Source: Bilabrum cf. latius
Lineage: Eukaryota
Direction of reading: 5' to 3'
DNA length: 64,000 nt
Assembly (NCBI GenBank): GCA_965178125.1
Contig: OZ237768.1
Coordinates: 310,001-374,000 of the forward strand
In this document: one piece after another, positions 47,708 through 59,410 of the stretch
How the letters are laid out: each line of letters opens with the position of its first letter
Position numbering within the stretch: the stretch's first letter is position 1
Made by a program: the position numbers and the translations under genes
The notes under the pieces: model-generated
Database searches by the model: none
What the model was told of the DNA's origin: nothing
What the model saw: the letters and a program-made list of their open reading frames with translations, nothing else

Positions 47708-49880
47708 ATGCGTTACGTGTTTGACTCTGCCTAACCCTTTCCCCAACTCGCTCACTCGTGGAATCGCCGCAGCTGCCGGAGATGGTGACGACCCGTTGTC
47801 GCTGTTTGCAGAGGAGATGCAAAGCGAAGAGCCAGAAATTCGAATCGCCGCTATGAAGAAGCTAAGGAACGTTGCATTGGCTATTGGAAAGGCAAGCACG
47901 CAGACAAAATTGGTTCCATTGCTAGGAAGTGAGAGGGGACGTTGATGATCAGTTGCTTGAATTCCTTCCCCACCCATTCACGGGAGCAGCATTGCGAAGC
48001 CAAAGCGTTATTTTCATCTCCCCGGGCCCCGCCCCACTACCCCCTTATCCCCTCCGATTCTCCGCCGCCCCTCACCTTCATCCCCCCCCTTCGTTCAACC
48101 CCTATCCGCAGAGCACGTCGAAGACGATGACGAGGTGCTGCTGGTCATGGCAGAGCAGTTGGGAGACTGCGTGGACGTGCTGGGCTCGCCGGACGCCGTT
48201 GACCTGGTGGAGGTGCTCGGGCTGCTGGCCACCACCGAGGAAACGGTGGTCAGGGAGGCCGCGGTGACTTCCATCAACAAGGTGGTGGCGGTACTCCCCG
48301 CCGACACGGTGGCCTCCAAGGTGGTGGGGGTGGTGGAGAGGCTCACGAAAGGGGACTGGTTCACGGCGAGGGTGTCCGCTTGCGGGCTGTTCGCGGGGGC
48401 GTACGAACGGCTTGGTGCCGGGAGTGCCTAGGAGCGGACCCACCTGCGGAAGCTGTTCGCGGCGCTGTGCAACGACGACACTCCGATGGTACGGAGGGCA
48501 GCCTCGAAGTCCATCGGGGCTCTGGTGCGGGCCACCGAGGCGAGCGTGGCCGAGGCAGAACTGATCCCCTTGTTCAACACTCTGGCGGGCGACGACCAAG
48601 ACAGCGTGAGGCTGCTGGCTATCGGCAACTGCGCCGCGTTCGCCGAGGTTCTCTCCGAGTCGAAGAACAAGGAGCTGATCCTGCCCCTGGCAGTGGCATG
48701 CGCAGAGGACAAGTCGTGGAGGGTGAGGAACAACGTGGCCAAGGACTTCCACAAGCTGGCACGGGCCATCGGCCGTGAGACCACGCTCGCCAAGCTGGTG
48801 GCGGGCTTCGTGCGGCTCCTTCAGGACCCAGAGGCCGAGGTGCGCGCCTCTGCCGCCAAAAACGCGCACGAGTTCTGCGAGGTCATAGGCCCGGACGCCT
48901 TCGTGCAGAGCATCGTGCCGTGCCTGAGCGATCTGTCAGCTGACGTGGCGCAGAGCGTCAGGGTGTGCCTTGCGGGGTCACTCGTGGGAGCGATTGAGAA
49001 GCTGTCCGAGGCGGACGCGACCAAGCACTTGCTCCCGCTGGTGCTGCACTTCTTCAGACCCGATGAGGCCGCCCAGGTCAGGGTGAAGGTGCTCGCCTCA
49101 CTCGACGTGGTGGCTCGCGCCGTAGGCAAGGAGACGCTCAAAGCCAAGGTGCTGGAGCACCTCATCACGCTCAAGCAGGACTCCCAGTGGAGGGTCCGCT
49201 CCACTGTCATTGACCAGACTCCGCTCATCGCCAAACTGCTGGGCGCCGATGTGTTCTCCAAGCACCTGCTTGAGGTGGTCACGGACGGTTTCTCGGACCA
49301 TGTCCACTCCGTGCGGTTCGCCGCCAGCAGGTGCCTCAAGCCCCTGGCCGAGGGACTCGGAGCCGAATGGGCGGGCAGCGTGATGGTGCCCAAGCTGCAG
49401 GAGCTCTACAGGAGCGGCGAGTCGTTCATGCAGAGGATCACCGTGGTGCACGGGGCCGTGTTCCTCGCCCACGGGTGCAAGGGTTCGGCGGCCGCGGAGG
49501 CCTGCGCTGACCTGGTGGTGAGGGCAACCAGTGATGCAGTGCCGAACGTTCGTTTCGTGGGCGCGAGGGCCGCTGAGAGCGTGGCCGCGGCCGTGCCCAA
49601 GGCGACCCTCGACGGGAAGCTGGTGCCCGCCCTGAGCGGCATGGCCGAGGACCGTGACTCTGACGTCAGGCACTACAGCAAGCGAGCCCTCGAGAATGTT
49701 GGGTCGGGGCTCGCGGGCAGCTTCTCGCCAAGCAGCCTGTACGCCGGGAAGAACTACAAGGACGGGTCCGAGCTCGGAGGGGCCGGGTTGCTGGCTGGGG
49801 TCCGCGGCGCGCCGGGGGCCGATGAGGACGAGGAGGATGTGGGCGGGGGCGCTTCCGCCGCGGGCGGGGCGGGCAAGTGA
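47708..49880 (+). CDS. PPP2R1A: Protein phosphatase 2A scaffold subunit A (HEAT repeats); intron 47929-48111, possible micro-exon start 47708-47711 with intron 47712-47772
   Basis: DDDEVLLVMAEQLG, EETVVREAAV, DWFTARVSACGLF, DDTPMVRRAA, DDQDSVRLLA, EDKSWRVR, DPEAEVR, WRVR, DAVPNVRF. One TAG at 48429; TGA stop. Start codon uncertain. Confidence 0.93.
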
Positions 49881-50044
49881 TCTTGGTGTTGATTCCGGTA
49901 TTTGAACGAATGAGCCCCTTTATCATGATTTCAATGGTATCTTAAGCTTGGTGTCCGGATGTGGCTTTTTTGCGCATGGGGCCAAGGATTACATTTTCAT
50001 GGGTTCACGTCTGCGCGTGGCGCTTCACTGCTCTTCAAGCCAAA

Positions 50045-51000
50045 TCACCTGCCGGTCTAGTTGGAGAGCACCGCATGCAAAGAGGGCTCTTTCGCTCCCT
50101 GATCGGTCCGGGGCAGTCCATCGGCGCCTGCCATCGACATGCCCCCAGTAGCTGAAGCTGCACTACTCATACTAGCCGAGCCCTTGTCTTCGCCCTTGCT
50201 TTTCTTCTCGCCCTCTCCCCCTCCCTCGCCCTCTCCCCCCGTCCACCCGAACGCCATGGCTGCTGCCTCGGCAGACTGCATCTGCGCCTGCATGGCGCCT
50301 TGCCGGAGGAACCCTTGGGAGCCCAGGGGGTGCTCCCTTCGCGTGTCTCGCAGGCTGTCCAGTGCTGCCTCGGCTTTGGCCAGCCGCTCCCTGTGCGTGT
50401 CTGCTTTGCGCTGCAATGGGACGATCAGCCGGTTCGTGTGCCGGATCTGCTCCTGGATCACGGGAGGGGCTTCCAAGCGGGCATCCAGCTCCACCAGGAT
50501 GCCCAGGCCGATGGCAACGACTACTTTTGACGTATCCACGATGGCGTGCTGCCGCTCCCCGTGCTCGCCCACCTCTGCCAACGTCTCTGCCGGTCGGCCG
50601 AGCTCATTCGGAAGCACGTGGATGGCATCGAGCTCGTCCTTCGTTGCCTTGAAGGGGACACCGCCGGCTGTGGCAGAGTCAAGGCGCCGTACATTTGTAC
50701 CAAGAGGTTTGCCGTCCTCTGCTGATCGAATCGACTCGAGACGGCTGAGCAGCTTCTAGTACTCGTCTCGCCTTCTAACATAGCCCTCTACAACCTTCTC
50801 GGACTGCTCAAAGGCCGGCTGCGATGAACTAGTACCCACATACACCCACCAAATACTTTACAAATGCTTCGGTCGTTCTTTTGGTGCAAGCAGATCAAGA
50901 GCAACAACTATTTGTTCACCTTTATCTTTGTCGCGACAATGTGCTCAAATTTTGCTATTTGGGCCTCAAGCTCTGCCTCTGGGAGCTCTTCGCTGTCCAT
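50045..51000 (-). CDS. UXT: UXT-like alpha-prefoldin subunit; exons 51000-50920, 50818-50045
   Basis: IAKFEHIVATKIK|PAFE and DTSKVVVAIGLGILVEL resemble UXT (RYETFISDVLQRDL, DTSRIYVALGYGFFLEL). TAGs at 50756 and 50057; TGA at 50045. Confidence 0.72.
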
Positions 51001-51164
51001 ATGATTCTATTTTAATGGATAAGAACGCCGGTAGCCTACATAGGCTTGCTCTGAGGAAGCTGGTTGATTTCGAAGACCATGGCATCATGACGAGTGCCTT
51101 TTTTCCCCTGCGAATTGCGTGCACCGTAGCTTCCGAGAATATTTCGTGCCTGTAGCTTGTTAAT

Positions 51165-53099
51165 ATGTCTAGACCGAAGGTGTTCATGGACGTGACAATG
51201 TCGGGGGTCCCGCTGGGACGCATGGTATTCGAGCTCTTCAGCGACTTGGCACCAAGAACCTGCGAGAACTTTAGATGCTTGTGCACTGGCGAGCGCGGCA
51301 CTGCAGAAACAGGGGAAAAGAAACTATCCTTTCTGCGGAGCTGCTTCCATAGGATCATTGCTGGCTTTATGGCTCAGGGTGGCGATTTCACGAACGGCGA
51401 CGGAACGGGAGGCGTGAGCATCTACGGCGATCGATTCGAAGATGAACCATTTGATGCAAAGCATTCCTAGGCCGGGATGCTTTCAATGGCAAACATGGGA
51501 CCAGACACCAACGGATCACAGTTTTTCATCACATTTCGCGCCACTCCGCACCTGGACGGCAAGCACGTTGTGTTCGGCAAGCTTGTGGAAGGCTTCGGGG
51601 TGCTGAAGGCCTTGGAGACGGTGCAAACGGGCGAAGGTAATCGACCGATAGACCCCGTGGAGATTGCCGCGTGCGGACAGGTGGGCGGCAGGATGGCAGG
51701 CTAGACGTCCACTAGCTCGGTAGCGGTAGCCGGAGCAGGCGCCGCCGGGCAGGGCCCCGCAGGTGGTGGCGACATCCCGGGCGCCGCCCCGCTCACCTTG
51801 GACGCCCTGCCCAAGCGATTCGGCAGGCGAAGGGAGCGAGACGAAGAGGCGGGTGGGGCCACCGGCGTAGTGGACGAGCGAGCCGTGCAGCGGCTGCAGA
51901 CGGGTGCACCACTGCCAGCGGCAGGAGCCGGAGCCGGAGCCGGAGCAGGAGTGGGAGTGGGAAGCGCCGAGGGGCCGGGGGCCGCTGGCAGGCTAGCTGA
52001 AGGGGCCCTCGAACATACCCTGCGGGAGGGGCTGGCCCGGCGCAGGGCACAGGAGGCTGCGAGGAGGAGGGAGGCTCTCGCGGCGGCGGGGCTCGGTGAG
52101 GAGAGGGCTGGTGGAGGGGCAGGTGTGACGAGTGATGGTGTGACGAGTGGTAGTGCAGTCGGTATTGCAGACAGTGAGGTTAGTGCTGGCCAGGGCCAGG
52201 GGCTCAAGCCGGAGACAGGGGAATAGCCCGGGGCTGGCGCGGTGCCGAGCAATCCCTACTTGGCGCATTCAGCCCAGAGCGATGCAACATCGCTAGGCGA
52301 GCTAGGCCAGCCCCCTTCAAATCCATCAAAGCCGAAGAGCAAGAAGAAGCAGGTAATGGAGGCTCGTTTGGCCGCCATCAAGCGACAGATAGGTGCGGGA
52401 CGCAAGGCCAACATCAAGGCAGTGCGGCAGGAAGCGAGGGTGGTAGTGGGGGGAGGGGGGAGAGCAGGAGGTCAAACTGGCCGGGGTGGCCAAACCGGCG
52501 GTGACGATGGCCCCGACGCTGGCGCCCAGCTCCCCAGCGGGTTGAAGCACCTGGGTGAGACGGCCGCGGCCTCAAGGGCAGAGGGTGAGAGGCACAGGGC
52601 GAAGAAGAGGAGGAGGGAGGAGTCGTACGGATGGAACCAGCTGAACAGCGATTTTGCCGCGTCTCAGTACGAGAAGAGGCTGGCCAAGGTGACGGGGGGT
52701 AGGGCGAGGCCAGGCGAGGGTGTGGCGGCGGGGGCAGTGGAAACATCCGACGCTCTCGTGGCGTCGGCGGCGAGCGGCGGGGAGGTTGCAACCGGTGGTG
52801 CTTCTTCATCTTCATCTTCATCTTCATCTTCATCTTCATCTTCCTCAGGGTCCGCGATGGCTGGCGCTGGAGGGTCGAGCGATTTCGCGGATGCGTCCGG
52901 CCTCGATGCTCTGGCTGCGTCCTTGCGGCCTTCGGGGGCAGCCGCCTAGAAGCGCAAGAGGAGGAGGGCGGATCGACCCGACGAGGTGGTGGACTACATC
53001 AACGAGAAGAACAGGCTTTACAACAAGAGGATCGAGAAGTCGTTCGGGAAGTACACGGCTGAAACCAAGGCATCGCTCGAGAGGGGCACGGCGCTGTGA
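51165..53099 (+). CDS. Cyclophilin-type PPIase fused to a C-terminal SYF2 splicing-factor domain (644 aa)
   Basis: [33 protein letters not shown][TAG][26 protein letters not shown]-terminal YGWNQLN..YEKR and [32 protein letters not shown]. TAGs at 51468, 51702, 52224, 52947; TGA at 53097. Confidence 0.9.
52802..52843 (+). repeat. (TCTTCA)n coding microsatellite (poly-Ser)
   Basis: Direct repeat within the cyclophilin-SYF2 linker. Confidence 0.85.
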
Positions 53100-53353
53100 G
53101 CACGAATCTACTACTATGATAAGTAGTAGGTGCGGTTGAACAGGTTGGGTACAGGGGTGGAGGTAGGAAAGGGGGCTGGGGATACTGCCAGCGGTGCATC
53201 GGCGCAGCACAGCCTGCTGCTGCTGCATTCAAGTTGGGATGGATCGATCTGCAGCCTTCACTGGCAGGTGTGATGAGCTGACCCAACTGGTGTGGTGATC
53301 TTGTGAAGCGGCAATTCGTGGCAGATTTAATTCTTGCAAATTTTGTGCGCACC

Positions 53354-54289
53354 ATGCTTTCACATACGTCGTTGGTATGCAGCATGGCATGTACCATTGG
53401 CGCATGTACCATTGGCGCAATCGGGGTGGCAGAAAGAGTGCCAACTCCTCCAATCTTCGCTTCGGTGTTCGAGACAAACTTCACCGGGATTGATACGACG
53501 CATGGATATTCTTACGCTGGCTGGTGGGTATGGGACATGAATCAGCAAATGGACAGGCAGGACTCCTGGCACACAACGTCAGCGAGCTCGACCGGCCACC
53601 GGCAAGGTCGATCTTTATTAGTTGGCGACGGTTCTTCGTACCGCCAGATCGACATCGATAAGTGGCCTATTCGGTAGTCTTTCTTCTACTGCCCGTATCA
53701 AAACCCGCCGCTGTGCCAGCAGCTGATCCTGGTGCCGCCCATGCGCCCATTCGCCGTCCCGTCCGAGTCCACGTACAAAGGGACAGAGCATTGCGGCGGA
53801 GTCATCGACCCCCAAGGCACTTGTGACGTATGGGAATATGTGTTTTCAGCGTCGGGGGGCAAGAAGTGGATCACAACCTACTGGGTGGGGACCATGAGCG
53901 CCGAAGCAGAGAAGCCTGAGGATTCGGCGCACAACTTCCTGCGAGGTTCAGATTCGCATGCCACGGTCCCGTATCCATCTAGAATTGCGTATACGGGCGA
54001 CTAGCCGAACGTGTTTGTGAACTGGACGAGCTGGCGGCCAGTGCAGCGGATTCCAACCTCTGAATTCATCGTGCCGGCCAGCTGGGATTGCACGCCAGGG
54101 GGAATCGCCGAGATGGAGGCCCAACCAACTGCCGCTGCGGATCATTCAAGGAGCGCGCATTCGCTGTCTGGTGACGTGGCTGGCATGTCACGACGCCCCG
54201 GCGCGCCAAACTTGCCTGCAGGCCTCGACAGCAGCGGTGTGGAGCTCAAGGAAGCAACCTGTCCGCCCAGTGATGGGATTGGGATCTGA
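53354..54289 (+). CDS. Probable secreted/lysosomal protein, ependymin-related-like (tentative)
   Basis: Hydrophobic N-terminus; PPIFASVFET, GWWVWDMNQQMDR, YKGTEHC..CDVWEY, P..FIVPASWDC. TAGs at 53675 and 54002 join three ORFs; TGA at 54287. Confidence 0.6.
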
Positions 54290-54461
54290 GCATGTTGATG
54301 TCATACTGATTTCGGTGAAGAACTCAATTATTGATTGTATGGTTTGTCACGCAGCGCACGGCTTTTTTACCAGACTCCGAACGAGTTGCAGTGCACTTAT
54401 TTTGGACCTAAACCACTCTTTACACATTTGTGGTACTGCTCTGGTTCAATTCACTGCTTCT

Positions 54462-57400
54462 ATGGATTGCGTTTCCTACTTGCTGAGTAGAGGAGACTCT
54501 CAGCCCGCGGACGAGTGCGTTGTGGCTGGAGGGACAGTTGCCTTGTGCTTGCGCTCGAATCATTCTGGTACCGGTGACAGTTGGGAGTACCACGATTTCA
54601 GTGCGCAAAATGAGAAGCCTATTCGTATCGGAGCTGCAGGGGCGAAGAGTTCCTCGAGCCTTACCGAATTAGATGCCGATATTCTTCAGCGATTCGAACA
54701 AAAAATTTAGTTTCCCTTGTGCCGCAAGGTTGTCCTCCCTGTGGCCATGAGGACATCTGTGTCCACTGAGTATATCTATAAATTATCTGTCGTGACCTGC
54801 TAGACTGCTATGGGCGGGAAGGTCCCAGGTAGCCGACTTGGCTCAAAACGAAAACGGTAGACGTCTGGCTCTCGAAGAAGTGGCAACCAACCGTAGCAGG
54901 CTGGAAGTGCAGGAATGGTATTCCACGTATCACGAATATCTCGTGTGAGCCAAAAGCATTCGAGAAAGAAGGAAGGAAGCCGTAGACCAAGCGTTGAAAG
55001 CTCTGCGGAGAGCTCCGCGGGCAGCGTAGCTTTCGCGCTTGGCGCCGGCAGCGGACAATCTGCTGCGGCTCATAGCGCACGGCAGCAAGCAATCCAATAG
55101 CTAGTGTGGAAATCAGTGTCCAGTCCAAAGCCATCAGCACATGCGCTGCCGCATTCATCAGCTGCTGCATTGACATCATCGTCAACATCACCATCATCAT
55201 CGGCGGCAGCAGCGACGAGCCACGCCCGCGGGCAGCTGGAGGCGATGCTTCGATCGAATGGAGTGGGGCATACATGCCCTGCGGCCACGCTGGACGCAGC
55301 CGCAGCCTGTTTGTGGGAGCCCATGGGCCGGGTCGGCTTTGCTCACGCATCGCTAAGAAAGCGAGTGGCATTGTTCGGCGGACTGTCGTGGGGGCGACAT
55401 GCAGATGCAGCGGCAGAGGTGGGCTAGCACGTGCTGGCTGCACGCCAGCGCACTAAATTGAAACCAGGGGCTGCGCTTGCGTCTGGGTCGGCAAGCAAGT
55501 CGCCCAGAAGGGGAGACCAGAGCGCTGTTCCCCAGCAGTACGACTGGGAACTGCTCAGCGGGCTGGGGGCTGCAGTGCGGGTGAGCCGATCCGCTGGCAC
55601 CTTGGGCGGTGATGTGGATGCAAGCAGTGAAATTCCCAGATCCAGATCCATGCCTAAGCTGGGAATCAAATAGCATGACAGTGCGATGCACCCATCCAAT
55701 GGAGGACGCGCATCTGTCTCGGACGAGGGTGGTGAGGAGGAGGAGGAGGATGGGGAGCACAAGGGCGGGACCGGGGTACTTCTAGGGGACTTGTGGGTCT
55801 TCAATGCTGACCCAAGCAAGCTGGCATGGAGACGGGTAGTGGCACAATCCGGCGAGCCTCCTTGTCCCAGGGTGGGGGCCATGATGGCTCATGTGGGTCA
55901 GGCGTTCAGGTGCGTGCTGTACGGGGGATGCACCCACACCTCTACCACCACCAGTGCTGGTGCCAGACCGCAGGCGCGAGCGGCTGGCGCATTGGAGGCT
56001 TGGAGCCCTTCCAGCCCAGGGAAGACCGCGCCTGAAGCAATAACTCCCGGCTGGCAGAGTCTCGAAGACTGCTACGTGCTGAATCTGCAATCCTCGGTGC
56101 AGGCAAGGGACAGGTCCGTGACGGCATGCCGATGGGAGAAAGTGCAGCTCACGCCAAGGGCGCGTGCATGCCTGGGGCCGCGAGCCGGCGGGGCCATGCT
56201 GCACGTGTCTACTATGGCAAAGGACGCATCGAGGGCATTTCAGCTGCCCTCCGCTGCGTCTAGGTCCAGCCCAAGGGCAGCAGCCTAGACACTGGCAAGC
56301 CGCCCAGGTAGCGGCAACAGCAAGGCAAGCCGCCGAAGCTCGGACAGCGGAGACAGCAGCGGGACAGGGACAAAGGGCCCTGGAAGAAGCGAAATGATCA
56401 GCGAAGACAGTGATATCCTCTTTGTATTCGGAGGCAGGCAGTCCGCGGCACATGCGTCAGCTCGCGATGCCGAGAAGCACGCAGCGTCGCAGGACAGCCC
56501 AGGCGATAGCGGCATATTTCAGAGTACTGCAGGGTAGGGCGCCGAGGATGCTTTGGATCGAAGCAGCATCGACACGGGAGGTCTTGACGATATCCGGTCT
56601 CCCTCGTTGCTTCGTGGCAGGGACAGCGACGACAGAGGCGGAAGCACGTCGGGGAACCACCGTGCTGGGCTCTTTGAGGAAGGTGCTCTTTCTAGAGGTT
56701 CGTCCATACCCATTGACATGCCCATGCACATGCCGATGCCATGGAACGCGCTTGGAGGGCAGAGGCCGTATGCCGCCATCCTGCGGGTGCAGGCTGGTGG
56801 TCATGCTCTTCCGCAGCATGCTTCATCGCAGCATCGCCTCAAGCCCAAGCAGACAAGCACCAGCAGCAAGTCGGCATCCTCGTCCTCCTCTAGCGCTAGT
56901 TCGTCCGACCTGCCCCGTGGAGACGGGGTCGAGTTGTTCGTGCACGATGTGGTGCCAACAGGCATGCCTGAGTCCACTGGCACAAGCAGGTCTGGGACGG
57001 CGCCAGGCGATGGTGCCGATGCAAGTGCTAGTAATGGTCAGTATCATGGCGGTCCACCGGAGCATCCGAGCGCTTGGCCCGTGTGCGCCATTCTACAGGG
57101 TGACGAAGGTGACGAAGCTAACAGAGCTGGGTCAGGGTCAGGGTCAGGGTCAGGGCCAGGGTCAGGGTCAGGGTCAGGGTCAGGGTCAGGGTCAGGGTCA
57201 GGGTCAGGGTCAGGGTCCCCGTCCGAGGCAAAGGGTGGCGTCGACAAGCACAAAGGGGCCGGGGCTGCCGGTGCTGGATCCAAGTCGGTTGGGGAACGCA
57301 TCGGCGAGGTGAGCGACTGCATCGCACGGTGGTGCAACCAAGCCGGGCTTGCCACGGGCAAGCGCGCCCGTGGAATCGGGCTGTGGCCCCGGTCCTGGTG

Positions 57401-58943
57401 CCCCTAGCACCATCGTGCTGGTGCCACTCCCAGTGTTTCTAATGGTGCAGGCGTCGGTAATTTGGAGTCACGCGAGAATGGGAACACGGGCATGGGACGG
57501 CGACAAGCGGTCGCAATGCCATCGATCGTGGTGCCCGTGCCCTGCCAGGTGGGAGCTGCTGCTCCTTCAAGTGACCAGCGGCTCGCAGCTGAGAGTGCAA
57601 CGGCCGGCGCTAGGGGTGGGAACAGGCGAAGTGCATCAACCAAGCATGCATCGAAGTCACCGAATCGCCGCCAAAGCCACTTCACGCATGCGCTCAAGTC
57701 GCTGCTTGAGGAGCTGGCGGGACCAGGGCCAGGCGCAGCGGTTGGTGCAGGGAGTTCGGAGCTTGTCGCGAGGCATGGATCGGCGGGCGAGCACTCGAGC
57801 GCTAGCCGCAAGCACACTTATCAAATGCGCAAAAAGGGGTCGAGAGACCCAATAGCCGATACCAGCCGAGCCATGCTGAGTGGTTAGTTCGACGACGAAG
57901 AAGAGGGTGGTGCGGACAAGTCGAATCGCTTGCTCGATCAGGATGGAGAGGAGGGATCGAGCATGGTGAGCAGCATGGCGGCTGACATCACTCTGAGCGA
58001 CCAACGGCCCGTCAAACAGAGCAGGCAAGAACGGGGTGACAGGGTGCATGAAGACAGAGGCAAGAGCAAGAGCATTGCATCATCTTCGGAGATGCCTTTA
58101 GGCAAGGGTACCGGCAGCAAATTATCGAAGACTGGGGAAGATATGGGGTCAGTAGCAGGCGAGCAGGGTGGTGAACCGCTTGCAGGTAGCAGCAGTAGAA
58201 ACAGCCCAAGCACCGGCGATGAGCTTCCATTCAAGCGGAGAAGGGTGGAAGACGATCATATGCTAGGGGAAGAGGAGAATAACGGAGGCGGCGCCGGCGA
58301 TGCTGCATCGATGCGTGGATCTGTACAAGAGCAGGGGACTTTAAGGCGCCAGATACTGCAGCATATGGAATCTGGCTCGTTGTAGAGTGTGCTGTAGCCA
58401 GTCCTTGCCCCAATGCTTGAGCCAATGCTGAAGAAGGGCATGTAGCCTGGCATGCAGCACCTGCAGGGCAGCTTGCAGGAGACTGTCCGGGCCGCTATAC
58501 GCGACACGATGACCAAGTAGCTCGTGCGCGAATGCGTGGAGGGGTGCATCACTACAAGTGGGCAATCATCATCATCATCGTCCTCGTCCGCCCAGCTGCA
58601 GGCAGACCTAAGGGAGGAGCGGGCGGAGCGGCAGGCGGCCGACGCCATGCTGAGGCAGTGTCAAGGAGAGCTGGAGGCAACGAGGGCAAGGGCGCTGGCA
58701 GCGGAGGCTGCTCAGTAGCGTGCGATGGATCGGTATACGGTGGCTGAGACGGCGCTGGCAGTGGAGCGGGAGCGGTGCCGGGTAGCGGGTGAGAGAGAGG
58801 AGAAGGCGAGGGAGCAGGCCGAGAAGGCGAGGTCCGATTTGGATCGATTACGGGGGAGGCTGCAGAGGCTGGAGGAGGCGAGGCAGCGCATGGCTGCGTT
58901 TGTAGACGCGGGGGAGAATGAGGGAGGAGCTGGAAATACATGA
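54462..58943 (+). CDS. Kelch-repeat protein with long insertions and C-terminal coiled coil (~1493 aa)
   Basis: GRVGFAH..LFGG, LGDLWVFN..W, PRVGA..LYGG, LEDCYVLNL..WEKV, PRAGG, FVFGG. One frame with about 16 TAGs; TGA at 58941. Start codon tentative. Confidence 0.78.
57129..57216 (+). repeat. (GGGTCA)n hexamer repeat, ~14 copies, coding Gly-Ser
   Basis: In frame within the Kelch gene (GSGSGS); one GGGCCA variant. Confidence 0.95.
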
Positions 58944-59010
58944 TCCATTGACTGCTGGAAATAATGATCCATTGACTGCTGTTAATACGGTATACATGAC
59001 CCATTGACTG
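58941..59010 (+). repeat. Three copies of TGA(T/C)CCATTGACTG starting at the Kelch gene stop codon
   Basis: Copies at about 58941, 58964 and 58997. Confidence 0.7.
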
Positions 59011-59410
59011 ATGCTCAATAGGGTGTGCCAAGTGGGGTTCAGTCACATCCACCAGAGTCGACAAGAGAGTCAACATGCCGTGCAACCGCAACGGGGTGCC
59101 ATAAGCCACAGGATCCTTTTATTGGATGACGTGGGGGTTGACGAGGACCCCGCGCCACCCGCCGCAGACAACGCGGCGCCGAGGTACCGCAGGATCATAT
59201 TGGGTTTGTTGGGAGTCGCGCACCGTGGGCCCATAGATCGCTGAAGGTACCCCATGCAGAATAACCAAGGTGGCGCAAACACAGCGGTCACGGGCCAAGG
59301 AAGCTTGACCGCGTGCGTTACTCGCCCTTTCTCCCACTTCCTCCCACCCTCGACTGCTTCGCTTAGGCTACAGGCCTTCAACTTGCACATCGCATACCAG
59401 CTGGGGGCAC

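Noticed and set aside
57129-57216. Interstitial telomere-like (TCAGGG)n array
   Set aside because: It lies in frame in the Kelch CDS as a Gly-Ser linker.
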